Positions 12,631-26,430 of a stretch of DNA of 64,000 nt are shown piece by piece (positions within the stretch are counted from its first letter, which is position 1; every line of letters starts with the position of its first letter). The stretch is taken from contig JAQGDQ010000361.1 in the NCBI GenBank assembly GCA_030141605.1, positions 124,001-188,000 on the forward strand, written 5' to 3'. Position numbers and translations under genes: made by a program. The stretch comes from Tubiluchus corallicola. Taxonomy: Eukaryota > Animalia > Priapulida. The notes beneath the pieces are model-generated. The model saw nothing but the letters and a program-made list of their open reading frames with translations, did no database searches and was not told the DNA's origin.

Positions 12631-14410
12631 TCTTTTCGAGATGGAATGATTTCAATGCATGCGATAGAGCTGGGAGTACACATAACTTTTGACCTACAGC
12701 AATTGCGCGTGCGCACAACGAAACTGTGAAAATACTTATTATGAGTTATCAATCAAGGAACATACACTCAAGGAGACTAAACTCTAGAATATTTTTAATT
12801 GAGGTGAAACTTGTGAGTTTTTCATTAGGCTTAGTCATGGACGACAGAATACTCGTATTGAAGCCCATCTGTTAGCGTCGTGGCAAGCAAGAAACGATGT
12901 AACTTAACCTCAACTGATTGCAGTCCTGTTGCAAAAGTAATTTTAAACTCGACATTTTCACTCCGCTTTAAGGGTTATGCATCTTCAGTGTTAAGATGGC
13001 TTCATCTGTCCCGTTTACCGTTAAATTGTCTGAACAGTACACTTCATTCATACTTAAACAACCATTTTCTTGCTTCTAGAAAAGTTTTCCACTGTTTGGT
13101 CTGTGGAGTAGCAGCTGCAAAAGTTTTTGTATGCGCAAAATCGATAACAATTTGCAGTGTGCAAACGGCATCTATAGATAAAAGCTTTGCTACGTGCTTT
13201 CAATGATCAATGAAGCGATAGATTGTACGACGTTAGAGAAACTTCAAATCAAACTAAAGACAGCAATAATGACTGTTAAACTGTATTTAGTTCATGTTAG
13301 TTATATTATATGATAATGTATTTAGATATTTATTAGTGTCAAAAATACATACATTACAAGAAAACACAAGACATGCATACAATTTCGATTTTGAAATATA
13401 GTGACACTACAGGTCAACAAAACCATTACTTATAAAACAAATATTGTTAAATCTTCCCGTTAGTTATTTTAGTTATTTAAATAAAAAGTTTAATTATTAG
13501 TATTTAAAATAAATTGTCATTCTTTATGCCTCATTTTCCATGATATGATCGTTACATAGTATATTATATTGTTCACCATGCCCTGAAAACACTTTTTCAA
13601 CATAATTAACATAATCGATAATAAACTATAAGTATTAATAATATGTTGAGAAAAACATCATAAGGTTAAACGTATAAAAAGAGAAAAAATAAGTAATAAA
13701 AATATTTTTTTATTTGCGAGTTGTTTGGCTTGTTTGACTGTTCGTTTGCTTGTTCGCTCGCTCCAGTAGCTTAGCTAATAGGAGAGTGGTGTACATTTTT
13801 CAACAATTTCTTTAACTCTTTAGTTCACTTGTGCGATAAAAGTTGAATGCGTGGCATTGGAAGAATTTTTTGGAGTCAATGCTTTATTTGATCAAATGTG
13901 TTTTTAAAATGAGCGTATATTCTACGCAAACTCAATAGTCAAGGTTGACTGATTGAACGAAGGTTTAACCTCGTGTTTTGATACAACTGTATCTTCCTCT
14001 TGTCTTTACTTTAAACGCAAAATTAAAATGCGTAATCAATGCGTTAAACTTTTGACGACAGTTTTTGTATACATTTGCATACGAGCAGTTTGAACTAGAC
14101 GTCTTTGAGACAATTAGGCGATTGATTTCACATTACCGTGAGCCGAACGCATGTCGCCTGCAGTATTAGCATAGTGTCGGTAAATACGGACAATCAGCAA
14201 ATTCGGACCGACTTTTCCCCGCTTCTGTCCGGCAAACCGAGATATGAGTGTATGTGTCACGGCGCCTTTTTTTAACTGCTTGCTCCCTATAATTTTAGAA
14301 TCTGGCTACGCTTCTGGCTCGTTCGATTGTTCTTTGCATATTTATTTGAAATCGTGCAAGCACGCAGATTTAAATTAGCATGTATATAATACTAAAAGCT
14401 ACGTGATACA

Positions 14411-14794
14411 AATAAGTCTTTTCACAGTTTCGTTGTTGCTGTAGGTCAAAGGTTAAGTGTACAACAGCAACGCGACTTAACTATAACCGTCACGTGACAT
14501 GTTGATACAGCAAAACTGTTTGCCGCATCAGTTTCAGTAACTTCAGTTGTTTTGCGTGGATTTTACTTAATTACGCGTTAGTCCTCTGTGTAGAATGATT
14601 TACTAGTAGGATCTTGCTTGCGAATATGAAAAAATGAAGTAGATAAGATTTCAGCTAGTTGTTAAAACTGTTAGTATTACAACAGCATGGGCTGCGAGGC
14701 GTTTTCAAGTGTACACAAATGCGTTGTCTAGTACACTTAACCTTTGACCGTTTCACGATCACCATCAATCGCTGGAACTACGAAAAGGCTTATT
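14411..14794 (+). mobile_element. MITE family A copy
   Basis: Both TIRs present; colinear with 9862-10248. Confidence 0.9.
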
Positions 14795-16943
14795 GTCACG
14801 TTTTTGACTTGTTCGTTTTAGTTTCTTTTTATTTGCTTATTTGACCTTGTTTAGTTTTTCAACTTTTCTCTGTTCTTTCAGTTTTCTTTTTTTGCTTGTC
14901 CACGCTTCTATTCGAGCATGTCTGTTAGATTTTTAATTGGTTAACGATACGTAGGTAGTTTTCATTTTGCAGCATCATTTTGCAAAGAACGAGTAAACAG
15001 TTTAACGAGGAAGAAAAGGGAATTTTATAGTGTGTCTCAAAACAACATTTTATTACTTAGCATTATAAATACCTGCTTGAAAGACTTATATATCAAGAAA
15101 AGAAAATTTTTTAGTATTCTACAATTTTTGCACCAACTGGTAAAATGTCACTGACTCACCTTCCCAGTGTGCACCACTGACTCACCAAAAGGTGGTTTTA
15201 ATCTCATTGACATTACTAATATATACTTTTGTTGAGTTAGCATAGTATGTGCTACGAATGCTCTGATAATTTTTACAAAGTTATCTAAACTTGTTTTAAA
15301 CGACCTAATGTCTAAGTGGCTGCGCTTACATGTCTTATACAACGTTGCTACCAAAAAGCTCTGTTTACAATAAGGCAGTATGTAGGTGATACAAAATTTC
15401 AAGACTTTGTTTTTAGCTTTGCAAAAATAAAGGGTTTTCTTGTGCTTTAAACTTCTGTAATTATGTTTTTGTGTTATAGGTTCAGTACTGTAAATTACAT
15501 GCTGTTTTGAAAGGTTTATAATGAAACAAATGTGATTGCAATGTCTCACATGTTATGAACATCATACAATTATCCTGGGAGGTTTTCTAGAGTGGAGAGT
15601 TTCAATATCTGAGTGAAGAATTTCCCAAGCGATGGAGTTTACGTAATTTCATAAAGAATTTATGCTTCATCATTATTCTCTCTGAGATAATAATGTTGCT
15701 CTATCTCACAAAGGTAAATGAAGTAAGGCAGACTCCCACTGTCACACAAGAAATACCATTAGTAAATGGTTTCCCTAACAAAGCAAGTCACTGTTGGATT
15801 CGGGTAGGGTTTCTTTGTACAGGTTACCAAAATGTCAAGCACTAAATGTTAGTCAATTTTTCCACATTTTAGGAGAAATGTTACTGCAGCCTTTTTTCTC
15901 AATGCAGCACTTACAATTGCACTATCACATCAATATAGGAACATCAAGGCACACTTGCATAAAACAAATGATTCGTTAAAGGACAAGTAAACACTTCACT
16001 GATAAAGCTTAAAAAATAGTTTTGAAATTTTTATATCACTTTTGAGGTGAACTTGAAACCGACAGAGTGCTTTTTGGCATTATGGCACGAATTTTCTTAA
16101 AGTGTGGGAGTTTTTAAGTTACCAGACTGAATGTTTTTTATATCTAAAGGAAGTTCACGAAGAGCATATTATTAGTATATTGTCGATCTTCATTGTAGTT
16201 CCCAGCTAGAGAAAAATAAAACCAAAGAACGAATGGGTAATGCATCATGGTACAATTACTTACAACAAATATACAATGATAGGCGACATGGCTTTAAAGT
16301 TATTCATTACAATTAAGCTACAGAAGTTTACGTTCCTACTATACATGGAATACTTCTTAACTAGTTTCACGTAGAATAATATGGAATAACTGTCCAATCG
16401 GAAAGATGGTTCCGACAACTTTTATGCTGCCTTATTATGCACAGAGCTTGCTTCCGTAGTAACGCCGTGAAAGACGTGTAAATTTAAACACTTGCAATGC
16501 ACGCTATGCGCAGCCATTTTGACTGCAAATCAATTGAAATAAGATTTGATAACATTGTGTAAAGTTTGAAAAATAATAAAAGCATTCATAGCGCACCCTT
16601 CGCCAATCAAGGAAAAGTTAAAATTACTTTAAACAGCAGCAACAGCAGCTACAACACAACAACAACAACAAACAACAACAACAACAACAACTGTTACCGT
16701 TGATAAAGTGAGATTATGCAAACGATTTCACCTTAGGAGAACATCCATAATTAAAATTCTGAGCATTTTTACCACACTAAGAGGTCAGTACTTCTAGTGC
16801 CGAAAAAATGAATTATTCACTGCACGCCAAGCTTTAATGTGATCAGGAAAATATACGATCTAATACATCATTACTATTTTGAGCACATTTTGAGTGTTTC
16901 AAGGAATTCTGAAACTGTCATTCAAACGCTGATGTATTTTATC

Positions 16944-17317
16944 AATAAGCCTTTCACGGTTTCGTTGTGCGTACGGGCAGTTGCTGCAGGTCAAAGGTTA
17001 AGTGTACCACAGCAACCCGTCTTAACTACAACCGTCACGTGGGTAAAACAAAGCCACATCAGTTCGGTAACTTCAGTTGTTTTACGTGGATTTTACCTAA
17101 TTACGCATTAGTCTGTGCGTTGAGTGATTTACTAGCAGGATCTTGCTTAGGAACAAGAAACAATGAACTAGACAAGGTTTTATCTAGCTGTTAAAACTGT
17201 TACAATAGCAAGTGCTACGAGGCGTTGTCAAGTGTACACAAATACGCTGTCTCGTACACTTAGACTTTGACTTTTTCACGATCGTCATCAATCGCTGGAA
17301 TTGTGAAACGGCTCATT
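16944..17317 (+). mobile_element. MITE family A copy
   Basis: Both TIRs present; colinear with the other copies. Confidence 0.9.
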
Positions 17318-17680
17318 CCACAGGCTTTTGTTTACAGAATTTCATTGAAATTTTATGGGCAGGTTTTCAAACTCTTGTGGGCCCGTTACTTGTCACAAAC
17401 GTAATTTCGTTTTTTGTTAAGATTATCTCAACATGGTCACGCCAGCAATACTTTGTTACTTCGTCATTGCCACTTCTGCTGTAATTCATCAGTTTTGCGT
17501 CCACTTTGGCTCCATTCTGAATAGCATCACAGGTTTCATTTACCATTTCTTCCTCCGAAGGATGATGCACACTTGAATATGACTATATCCCATCTGGCAA
17601 GATCATCTATGACATGCCTAATTAGGTCGTATTGAATGCTGGATCTAAAGTGCGCAGAATTCCAACCTGTATAGTAAATA

Positions 17681-18052
17681 ATTAGCACAGTTCCAGCGAT
17701 TGATGATGATCGTGAAAAGGTCAAACATTAAGTGTACCAGACAATGCATCTGTGTACACTTGACAGCGCCTTGTAGGCCATACTGTTTTAATAGTAACCG
17801 TTTAACAGCTAGCTAGAACCTTACCTATTTCATTTTTTCTTGTTCCCAAGCAAGATTCTGCTAGTAAATCACTCTACGCACAGACTAATGAATAATTAAG
17901 TAAAGTACGCGTAAAACAACTGAAGTTACTAAACTGATGCGGCAGACGGCTTTGCTTTACCCGCGTGACGGTTGTAGTTCAGACGCGTTCCTGTTGTACA
18001 CTTAACCTTTGATCTATAGCATTTGCGCAACGAAACTGTGAAAAGGCTTGTT
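17681..18052 (-). mobile_element. MITE family A copy (reverse)
   Basis: Reverse complement of the family; ends AACTGTGAAAAGGCTTGTT. Confidence 0.9.
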
Positions 18053-18250
18053 ACCAGGTCATAATTACTTCACCGTTTCGTCGTACACCATTCAACACCC
18101 TTGATATGAGTACTATGTAGCGGTAAGCTACTAAGTATATAAAAATGAGCCAAGCATATAAAAATACAGTTTTGTTCACCATTTTTTCTTATTGTAACAT
18201 CTACTTGCTCCATGATTGTCAAGTCTTGTCGGTGACCGGTAAGCCGCAGC

Positions 18251-18508
18251 AGGCTAAGAAAAAGTCACAGGAAAATTTAATTAATTTTGGCCGGGGTTAC
18301 GGTTAGGGATAGGGGTTAAGGTAAGGGTTAGGGTTAGGGTGTAGGGTTAAGGTTAGGTTTGGGTGAGGATTAGGGTTAAGGTTACGGTGAGGATTTGGAT
18401 TTAGGGTTAGGGTTATGGTCAGGGATAGGGATTTAGGGATTAGAATTAGGATTAAGGTTAGGGTTATTTCTTTTTTCCTGTGCCTTTTTTCCTGTCAATC
18501 TTTTGCCT
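18251..18508. mobile_element. Small inverted-repeat element with internal degenerate (TTAGGG)n tract
   Basis: AAAAAGTCACAGGAAAA and TTTTCCTGTGCCTTTTT inverted arms enclose ttaggg variants at 18293-18465. Confidence 0.65.
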
Positions 18509-19049
18509 ACAGTACATCAACAAGGTTATGTCTGCATCATTCTACTACCTGCATCGATTAATCATTGCTTTCTTCTACATTGTCACGTGGTTTCGCCATT
18601 GTCTACAAGGCTTCACAATTGTCGTGTGTACATGGCTTCATTAACAAACATCTGATCACTCAGCAAGGGAAATATTTATTCAGGATGGGCAATCGTTAGT
18701 CAAACCACGTCAGCTGAAGTGCTCGAGGAAGATCTTGTTTCCAGCGTCTCAGAGAAAACAGACGGTTGATAATAGCTGCTGCAAAGAGGCTGTTACGATC
18801 ACTAGACGTTCTCATTAACTAGAAAGAGACTGAAGTTGGTCGAAATTAGTTTAAATTACAGACTTGAAAAACAATCAGCTCAAGATCTCCGCCATGATTG
18901 CAATTTTTAGCCAGTTTAATTAGTGATGCGTCTTGATAATTGCCATTAGTAATAAGTTCTGCCAGGAAACTAGAAGCCAGTGAGCTGTTTAATGTAAAAC
19001 ATGCCAGAAGACTAATTGACCAAGCTTTATTAACTTAATTATTGACTGA

Positions 19050-19190
19050 GTGGCTGGCTGGTTGGGTGACTGACTAGCTAACAGACTGACCGACCGACCG
19101 ACCGACCGACCGACCCACCGACCGACTGACTGACGGACTGACTGACTGACTGACTGATTTATTGACTGACAGACAGATAGACTGACAGGT
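19050..19190. repeat. (GACC)n/(GACT)n tetranucleotide repeat
   Basis: Direct observation. Confidence 0.9.
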
Positions 19191-20364
19191 TGACTAAATG
19201 ACAGACTATCTGAACTGGTAAAGATGTCTTAATCATGTTCAGCTGCACACACATTCTCCAGCAGTTGTCTGAGGCAGCAGTGTGGCAGATGGAACTTAAG
19301 AACAGTTTATCCAGCAGATGCTCATCCATTTGCTTCATAGGCTCGGCACTGCTTAACTTCGATCGCTAAGCATGTACAGTGACTATTCAGCCATTCTCAT
19401 CTGTTTTTTGTCCTTATTTGCTTTTCTGTTAAAAATTCTGAAGTTTTAGTTTTTTTTTCTACTCGGGATGATGGGTTTCTATTACCCAGGAAAACGTGTT
19501 TCCTTTGCAAATATTTTTTCTGATTTTTCTTACTGTCGTTCTTCATTAAGAAGTTTACCTTCTGAGATAGAAGATATTATTTGCAACCCTAGGAGGAGGA
19601 AATTATACTTCCGCTTTCTGCTCGCCGCTACGCGCTGAGGTCTAATCAGACTATATTAGTTTCTCAAAACACACACAGAGATCAGCGTTTGCCAATAAAA
19701 TTACATAATAAAAAGCTATCAGATGTGATTATTTTTGACATGTTTCTTTCGAGGATGGTACCTGTTGTAGCTATTAGCGATTATGTAGCGGGTGTGTGTG
19801 GGTGATGTTCTTACTGTTGTTAGTCTCAATGTAGTGTCTTTCCCACGAGTGTACAATTTCGTACACTGCAAGCTGAGATACAGCACTTACTTAATGTTGT
19901 GGCAGTACAGGAATGTAGCTTATTATCAAGGATATTCGTACAAGATAAGACACTGGCCCCGCAAAGACGTCTTAGTCACAATGGGCATCATGTGCTGTTA
20001 CTGACGATTGTCGTCATTATTGTCGCTCTCGTTGTTGTTGTCTTTGGTATTGCTGTAATTCACTTGAGGCGTTAAGTCAATGTATAACGTTACAATAATC
20101 ATCAGTAACTATTTATCATTTTAATTTTAAGATTATGAATTAATGATGAAATAATTCAATTGCAAAATTTTTGAAATGTGATATGAGATAAGTTAGGACT
20201 GAGGTCGATTTGAACCGCAGCCTTTCGATTATCTTGCCGCCGGCATGCTGGATTTGCAGACAGAAAGTTCCTAGTTCAATTCTAGGTTCAGTGCGACATT
20301 TTCGCATATGTAAGAAAACTGGATTTGCAACCCAACTGTAACCCTACAATTAATTTACAAACTA

Positions 20365-20630
20365 TGCCATTTTTCCTGTGCTTTTTTGCCGTGTCATTTT
20401 TCCTTTGCCATTTTTACCTGCTTTTGCATTTGTGCCATTTTTTCCTGTGCTATTTTTGTCGTGTCATTTTTTCCAGTGCCATTTTACCTGCTTTTGCATT
20501 TGTGTCACTGCTACCAGCATTTGCATTTGTGCCTTTTTTTCCTATGCCATTTTTATCTGCTTTTGCATTTGTGCCATTTTTTCTTGTGCCTTTTTACCGC
20601 GCCATTTTTTCCTCTATCATTTTTACCTAG
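20365..20630. repeat. Degenerate 13-15 bp tandem array (GTGCCATTTTTTCCT / CTGCTTTTGCATTT)
   Basis: Repeated tgccattttttcctg and cttttgcatttgtg motifs; related to the arm of the 18251 element. Confidence 0.8.
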
Positions 20631-20904
20631 ATCCCACCATTAAAGTTGGTTTTAAAAATTTAATAACTAGTTTGTTTTCTTCATTAATTTGACCTTCACT
20701 TTATAACTAAAATGCTAAATAAATTGCTAAGATGACGCCACTTTATTTTGTATGATACCTTTATTGGTTTAATATCTCATTTTGGAATATTATTAATTTT
20801 TGCTAAAGACATTATCGTGCATCAATAATGTATTTCAAGTAGCCTGAATCTCGGCTTCCGGAATGGTAAAATGTAAGCGGAAAGGCAAATGTAGATTGGA
20901 CAGT

Positions 20905-21192
20905 CAAAGGCGTACGAGCCGGGGGTCTGGGTGGCTGTAGCCACCCCGGGAATCGGGCAAACACATTTTTTCGGGCACCGACCAAATGATGAAAAAATAA
21001 AACAATACTTTTCATAAAAGGAAATTTCGAAATTTCTCCATGCCGCCAAATGAAGTGCCCGAAATCCGGGTGTTTTTGTTCATGGGGTTGGGTGAGGCAA
21101 TTCCCAACTCGAAGTTGGCGTGCGCTTTTTCCGAGTATTTTTCGGGCAAAAGTGGCTCAGCCCCCCTGCAAAAATCGGCCCGTACGCCTATG
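20905..21192. mobile_element. hAT-like MITE
   Basis: TIRs CAAAGGCGTACG / CGTACGCCTATG; 8-bp TSD tggacagt / tgggcagc (6 of 8 identical). Confidence 0.8.
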
Positions 21193-21945
21193 TGGGCAGC
21201 CACCATGGAACGTTTAGTTTATATGCAGCCAGTTGTTCACATGGATTACAAAGCGACGCATGCGCAGACAGAGATTTCTAAACTCGACTAAAACGTGAGG
21301 CAAACAATGGGCGCCACGATGTACAATGCAAAAATTGCATTCGATTGTTGACAAAAACGGCAAACACGCATTGAGCAACAATCTTTCGAGGTAGTCTTCG
21401 ATAATTGCGCACTGCTGCAAGCCATCTCTGCGCATGCGCCGTATTTATATCTACACTTGTACATCAATCTTTGTAGCATCAGAAAGCAGCTTATCGATCA
21501 TCGATACCGTTAAACTATCGTTTGTCATTCGATCAATTCCAAACGACTCAATGCAGCCACCACTTAATGAAGATTCATCGCATTTTAATCACATTGCGGG
21601 CGAGTTCTACGAAAACGGTGACGGCTGGCTAATCACCGATATTACTGAAACGCGTAGAACGCGTTGATTAATTAATTACCAATTTATTTTAAGTCCAATA
21701 AACCACACGCTCAGATAGGGCTATATATTGATTGTTTGTTGTACATCTTATTGGCTTTTTGGCTGCAATTAGACTGATGTGCAAATAGTTGGCTTCGTTG
21801 ATTTACACAAAAATACAGGCAGGCATATCATCCAGGACTGCTACCACATGGAACTTCTTTCAGTATAGTTGTGTTTCTTCCTTACTACTGTCCTGTAACA
21901 CTGTACCTTCTAACCGGTTAGGTAACATAAAATTCCGACAAAGGC

Positions 21946-22470
21946 AATAAGCCTTTTCACAGTGATTGATGATGATCGTGAAAGAGTCAAAGGTTAAGTG
22001 CACCAGACAGCGCATTTTTTCTTGTTCCCAGGTAAGATCCTGGTAGTAAATCACTCTCGGCACAAACTAATGCATAATTGAATAAAGTCCAGGTAAAACA
22101 ACTGCAGTTGCTGAACTGATGTGGCAGACGGCTTTGCTTTACACACATGTCACTTGACAGTTGTAGTTAAGACGCGTTGCTGTGGTACACTTAACCTTTA
22201 GTTTAAACGCAATTTATTATACGATTGGATCAGACAGTTTGAACAACAAGCTTTAGGATCCTCACCACAACAAACTATATACTATTTACAAAAACATTTA
22301 CAGTAAGAATTGACTATTCCTACACAAGCTGACAAGTTTTACTACAAGATTACATTAGATATTAGTACCAATTAATAAAACATATTAATGTACGAATGTA
22401 CGATTGTACTGACGCATCTCATATCAGATAGAAACTACTGGAAGCACTTAACCTTTGACCTACAGCAACC
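21946..22470 (-). mobile_element. MITE family A long variant (reverse, internally deleted, truncated) with a 245-bp insert
   Basis: Family sequence interrupted at 22200-22444 between 12-bp direct repeats CACTTAACCTTT. Confidence 0.85.
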
Positions 22471-23700
22471 TCTCGTTTCAACCATCTCCAAAATAAACTA
22501 ACTCAATCTACTGATTACTTCACAAAATTCAAGAATATATATTGAAACACTGTAACTGCGATTTGTTGTAGTTAGGTGTTGGGTAGTAGCAGTGTTACAA
22601 TGGATATTGTTGATTTTTGTGATGTAACATGTTATCTGTTTGTTTTGGTCTTTTGTATACTGAAGGTATCTAAAGGAAGTTCTCGAAAGGCTTATTATTA
22701 GAAAGACAATGTCTTGTCGATCTTCAGTGTAGTTCCTAGCTAGTGATAAAATAAAAGCAATGATTGATTGAAACATTATGATGCTAATACTTATTTACAA
22801 TAATGTCACAAGATTAGACATACATACTGAACAACAGTAATAATACAAAATAAAGGTTAAACATCACATTGATTTTACGATAATAATTGTTAGTATCTAT
22901 TTTATCCGTGCACAGTTACGTACTATATAAGTACTGTCAAAGAGCTCCGTAAGGATAACCTCCACGGGAAAAAATCTGTTCCTAGCATTTTACGCGCCAG
23001 ACAGGTTTTTCCCAGGGATCTATTCCCTGCCTACACTTTTATAACATCATATTCATTTAGATAGTAGTCATTTATATAATTACATAGTAAATGAACCGGT
23101 GACAGTAGCGATTCATTTGGCTTTAAAGTTATTCATTGTAGAATTAAGCTACAGAAGACTACGTTCTTGCTGCATACAGAACACTTAAGCCTTAACAAAT
23201 TACAGTAGAATAAATCTAGTTTTAATTTTATACATATACAACAATAATCCTATCGGAAATACGTTTCCGACAATTGCTATGAGTGATAGCGCTCTAGTAT
23301 TTCATTACAGTGGTACAATGCTTCAAAATAATTTTTCATTGATAGTACTCGCACTCATACGTTCAATAGCTTCTGTCTTTCTGTCATTTGATATTCAAAT
23401 CGTTCATTCATAAGCTAAAAATAATGAGAGTAAAAGAGAACCGACGTTAATAATCATTTTGCGTTTACTTTGTGAAAAATAAATCAATTTGCTAATCAAT
23501 CTTACGTAATAAACGAATTTTGACAGGCTTCCGATATACCATCGCTCATTTAACAGACAACATGAGCACTGGCAGCAACTTTTACCCTGACAACAGTACA
23601 GGTAAGAACACAACACACAAGCAATGAATAATATAATGAGTGTATATTATATATGCCAGGGCGTCGTCAAGAGCTGGTCGCGAACCCGAAACTGCAATCC

Positions 23701-24292
23701 TTAAAGCAAAACCCGACCCAATCTTAAATATAACAATATACTCTTTCAAATATTCAAAGGAATGGTACTATTTTTTCAAGAATGACTTACGTGAAAGAGT
23801 TATTACTTCACAAACACAATTTCATGTTCGCGCCACTAGTTCTTCGCTGTTACATGCATTTCGCCATTCGTTAGTTAGACGGGCACTAGCGCCTGCACTT
23901 CGGAAACGCATTGCACAAAAAACAGACGCCTTGCCCCTTAGTTCAGATGTGTTAGTTTGTCACGAACTGCACATGGCCTACAACTCATGCGTAAGTACAG
24001 CGGTAAATTTGAAATTTAAAATTATTATCTTAAAACTTATATCTTGCAGTAACACTGTAGTTCAATTTTCGCTTTCGCAAACACGTGCAACACGCTCATG
24101 GAATATTTTTGTGGTTGAAAATTGTTAGTTTGTGATGTCATCAATAGTTGGGCCGGCCCGCCGTTAATTAAGTTTTTAATCTATTATTTAATTATCAGAA
24201 ACGCTTTTGTAGTATTAATTGTGTTAAAATGTATACTTTTCTCTGACTTGAAAATGGGGTAGTACATGAAAAATCGTCCCGTCTTCCTTTAA
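23701..24292. mobile_element. TTAA-flanked non-autonomous DNA transposon (Kolobok-like)
   Basis: TTAAAGCAAAACC ... GTCTTCCTTTAA; colinear second copy at 36831-37400. Confidence 0.7.
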
Positions 24293-25769
24293 GCGTGAGT
24301 GCGATCTGTTGTTTAGACGACTCGGCCCCTACATCCAAGACAAACTTTGGTCAACGGACGTTGTAAAGGAAAAAATTGGGTGACAATGACAAAAGTAAGT
24401 TGCTGAGTTGGTTATGTCTGGATACGTGTTAGCCCAGGTAAACTACAAAGTGCTGGATTCAAATACAGAATGTAATGGTGACGCGTCAAATATAGTTACG
24501 CAATTTCTACTTTTTACCGTTTTATAAACAATAATAGTTTTTAGCATAAGCAAGCATTCAATCACGATGGTCATTATTAGTGATACTTTTTTACTGTAAG
24601 GCTGGTTAAATTTTTTTACACAGCTTAATGCACAAGAAAACACTCATCGTTAATGAAGCTTAAAAAATTCGTCTTGAAATTTTATGCCACTTAAATCCTG
24701 TCTTATTGCATGCAGAGTTTGCGTTAGCACTAATGCTGTACAAAATTTGTAAGTTTAAATTTCCTGGATAGTCGTTAAACATTCCATTTTGTTTGTGATG
24801 TCATCAATGCCATCAACACGTGTTTGTGATGTTTGTGATGAATAGTTGGACACGCCCGTTAATCAAGTTTTTAATCTATTAGTTAATTATCAGAAACGCT
24901 TTTGCAGTATTAATTGTGTTAAAATGTATACATTTTATCGGACTTTAAAACGGGGTAGTATATGAAAGATAAAATCATCCTACGTTTAGATAACATTGCG
25001 TAAAGTTTGAAAAAGTGATCAGAGCATACGTGGACACTCTTCGTTAATTACGCAAATGTATAAATTACTTTACGTTGTCAATAAGATCAGTAATGTGTAA
25101 TGGGGAGCCAGTAGTGCATACTGGGACTGTGATACAGTGACGTTTTTGCAGTTGGTTCGAAAATGCAAATTACTACGATTATTTTAATTATTAAGACTTT
25201 TTCCAAATACATAAGTCTTTCAAATTTGTTAGCGTAATACTGAGTAATATAACTTTGATTGAAAATTTTTCAGTGATTTGATTTGATTAATTTCGCCTCA
25301 TGTCACACATTTATGACGTAATAGAATATAAGTGCACAATTTAACATAATTGTGTTGAGGCGGGGTGGCGACAGACTGTATACGGTTGCCTATCACGGCT
25401 AGCAGCTAAACTATTTATAAGTTTAATTAGTGAAGCGATTCTAGCAGCGGATTTAATAAAACTATATAACAAAATTTTTTTTAGAAAAACAAAAAACAGT
25501 GTTTAAATTTTAATAATTTAGTAACTTAAACTTTTGATTTGTTATCATCTATATAATAAATACAGTACATAACACACCTAGATGATGCAACATATAGTCG
25601 TAAGCAATTACATAATCAAAGAAACTTACGAAGTACAGCTGACATGGATAGCAATAATTTACATTTTTGCAGTTATTACAACTGTGGAACTTCTAAGAAT
25701 CACAGAAAATCTCAAAGACATTAGGAAAAATATGACATTGGGACGTATTTTAAAATTGCCTTTTTCCTT

Positions 25770-26430
25770 TAAATTACAAGAAAACCCTCCGCTTATATGA
25801 AGCTTAAAAAATTCGTCTTAAATTTTATACCAGTTACATACTGCCTTTTTGCATGCAAGGCCACCGTCGGCTGTAACCATGTATAAATTTGTGCATTTGA
25901 ACTCCATTGATGAGCGTTGAGCGCAGCCATTTTAATGGTAGGTCGTTTGAAACAAGTTTAGATAGCACTGAGTAAAGTTTGGAAAAATAATCAGAGCATT
26001 TTCATCACAATTGTTACTAACTAAGTAAAATTTTAAATTATTGTATCTGGTCAATAAGTTTAAAAATATGTTTTTTGGTTACTGAATAGCGCACACTGAA
26101 GGGCAATTTACCAATTGACACTAACATTTTGAATTATTATTTCCAGTTACATTAGTTTTTCCAACAGGTAAGTAATGTTAAGTAACATAGATTAGCATGG
26201 AAAGTTTTTGGGGACAAAATTTAACATTGTCTTTTTCCCTGTTTACCGTTTGCGTAAGTGACGTCATGTAATGGTGCCATCGGAACAGTATTACGGGAGA
26301 TTTAAAATGAAAACATTCAAAAATTCTTTTTAACGCGAGTACTATATATGTATAAAATTGTAAATAAACTAATATATTTTTAAGGCGAATTTTTTGAAAT
26401 CTGCTTCAGGTACCCCTTTCTTGTCCTTTG
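25770..26430 (-). mobile_element. Kolobok-like element (reverse copy of the 37603-38281 family)
   Basis: Reverse complement of 37603-38281. Fragments also near 15020-15450, 16400-16830, 24620-25300, 35120-35225, 36050-36270, 42345-42778 and 57800-58160. Confidence 0.75.

Noticed and set aside
12880-13206. 108-aa plus-strand ORF
   Set aside because: Best explained as the antisense shadow of the minus-strand BTB-like pseudo-exon.
18293-18465. True telomere or chromosome-fusion site
   Set aside because: Short, degenerate, single orientation, and enclosed by inverted arms.
23640-24128. 162-aa ORF
   Set aside because: Lies inside a multi-copy TTAA element; no transposase or other recognisable protein motif.
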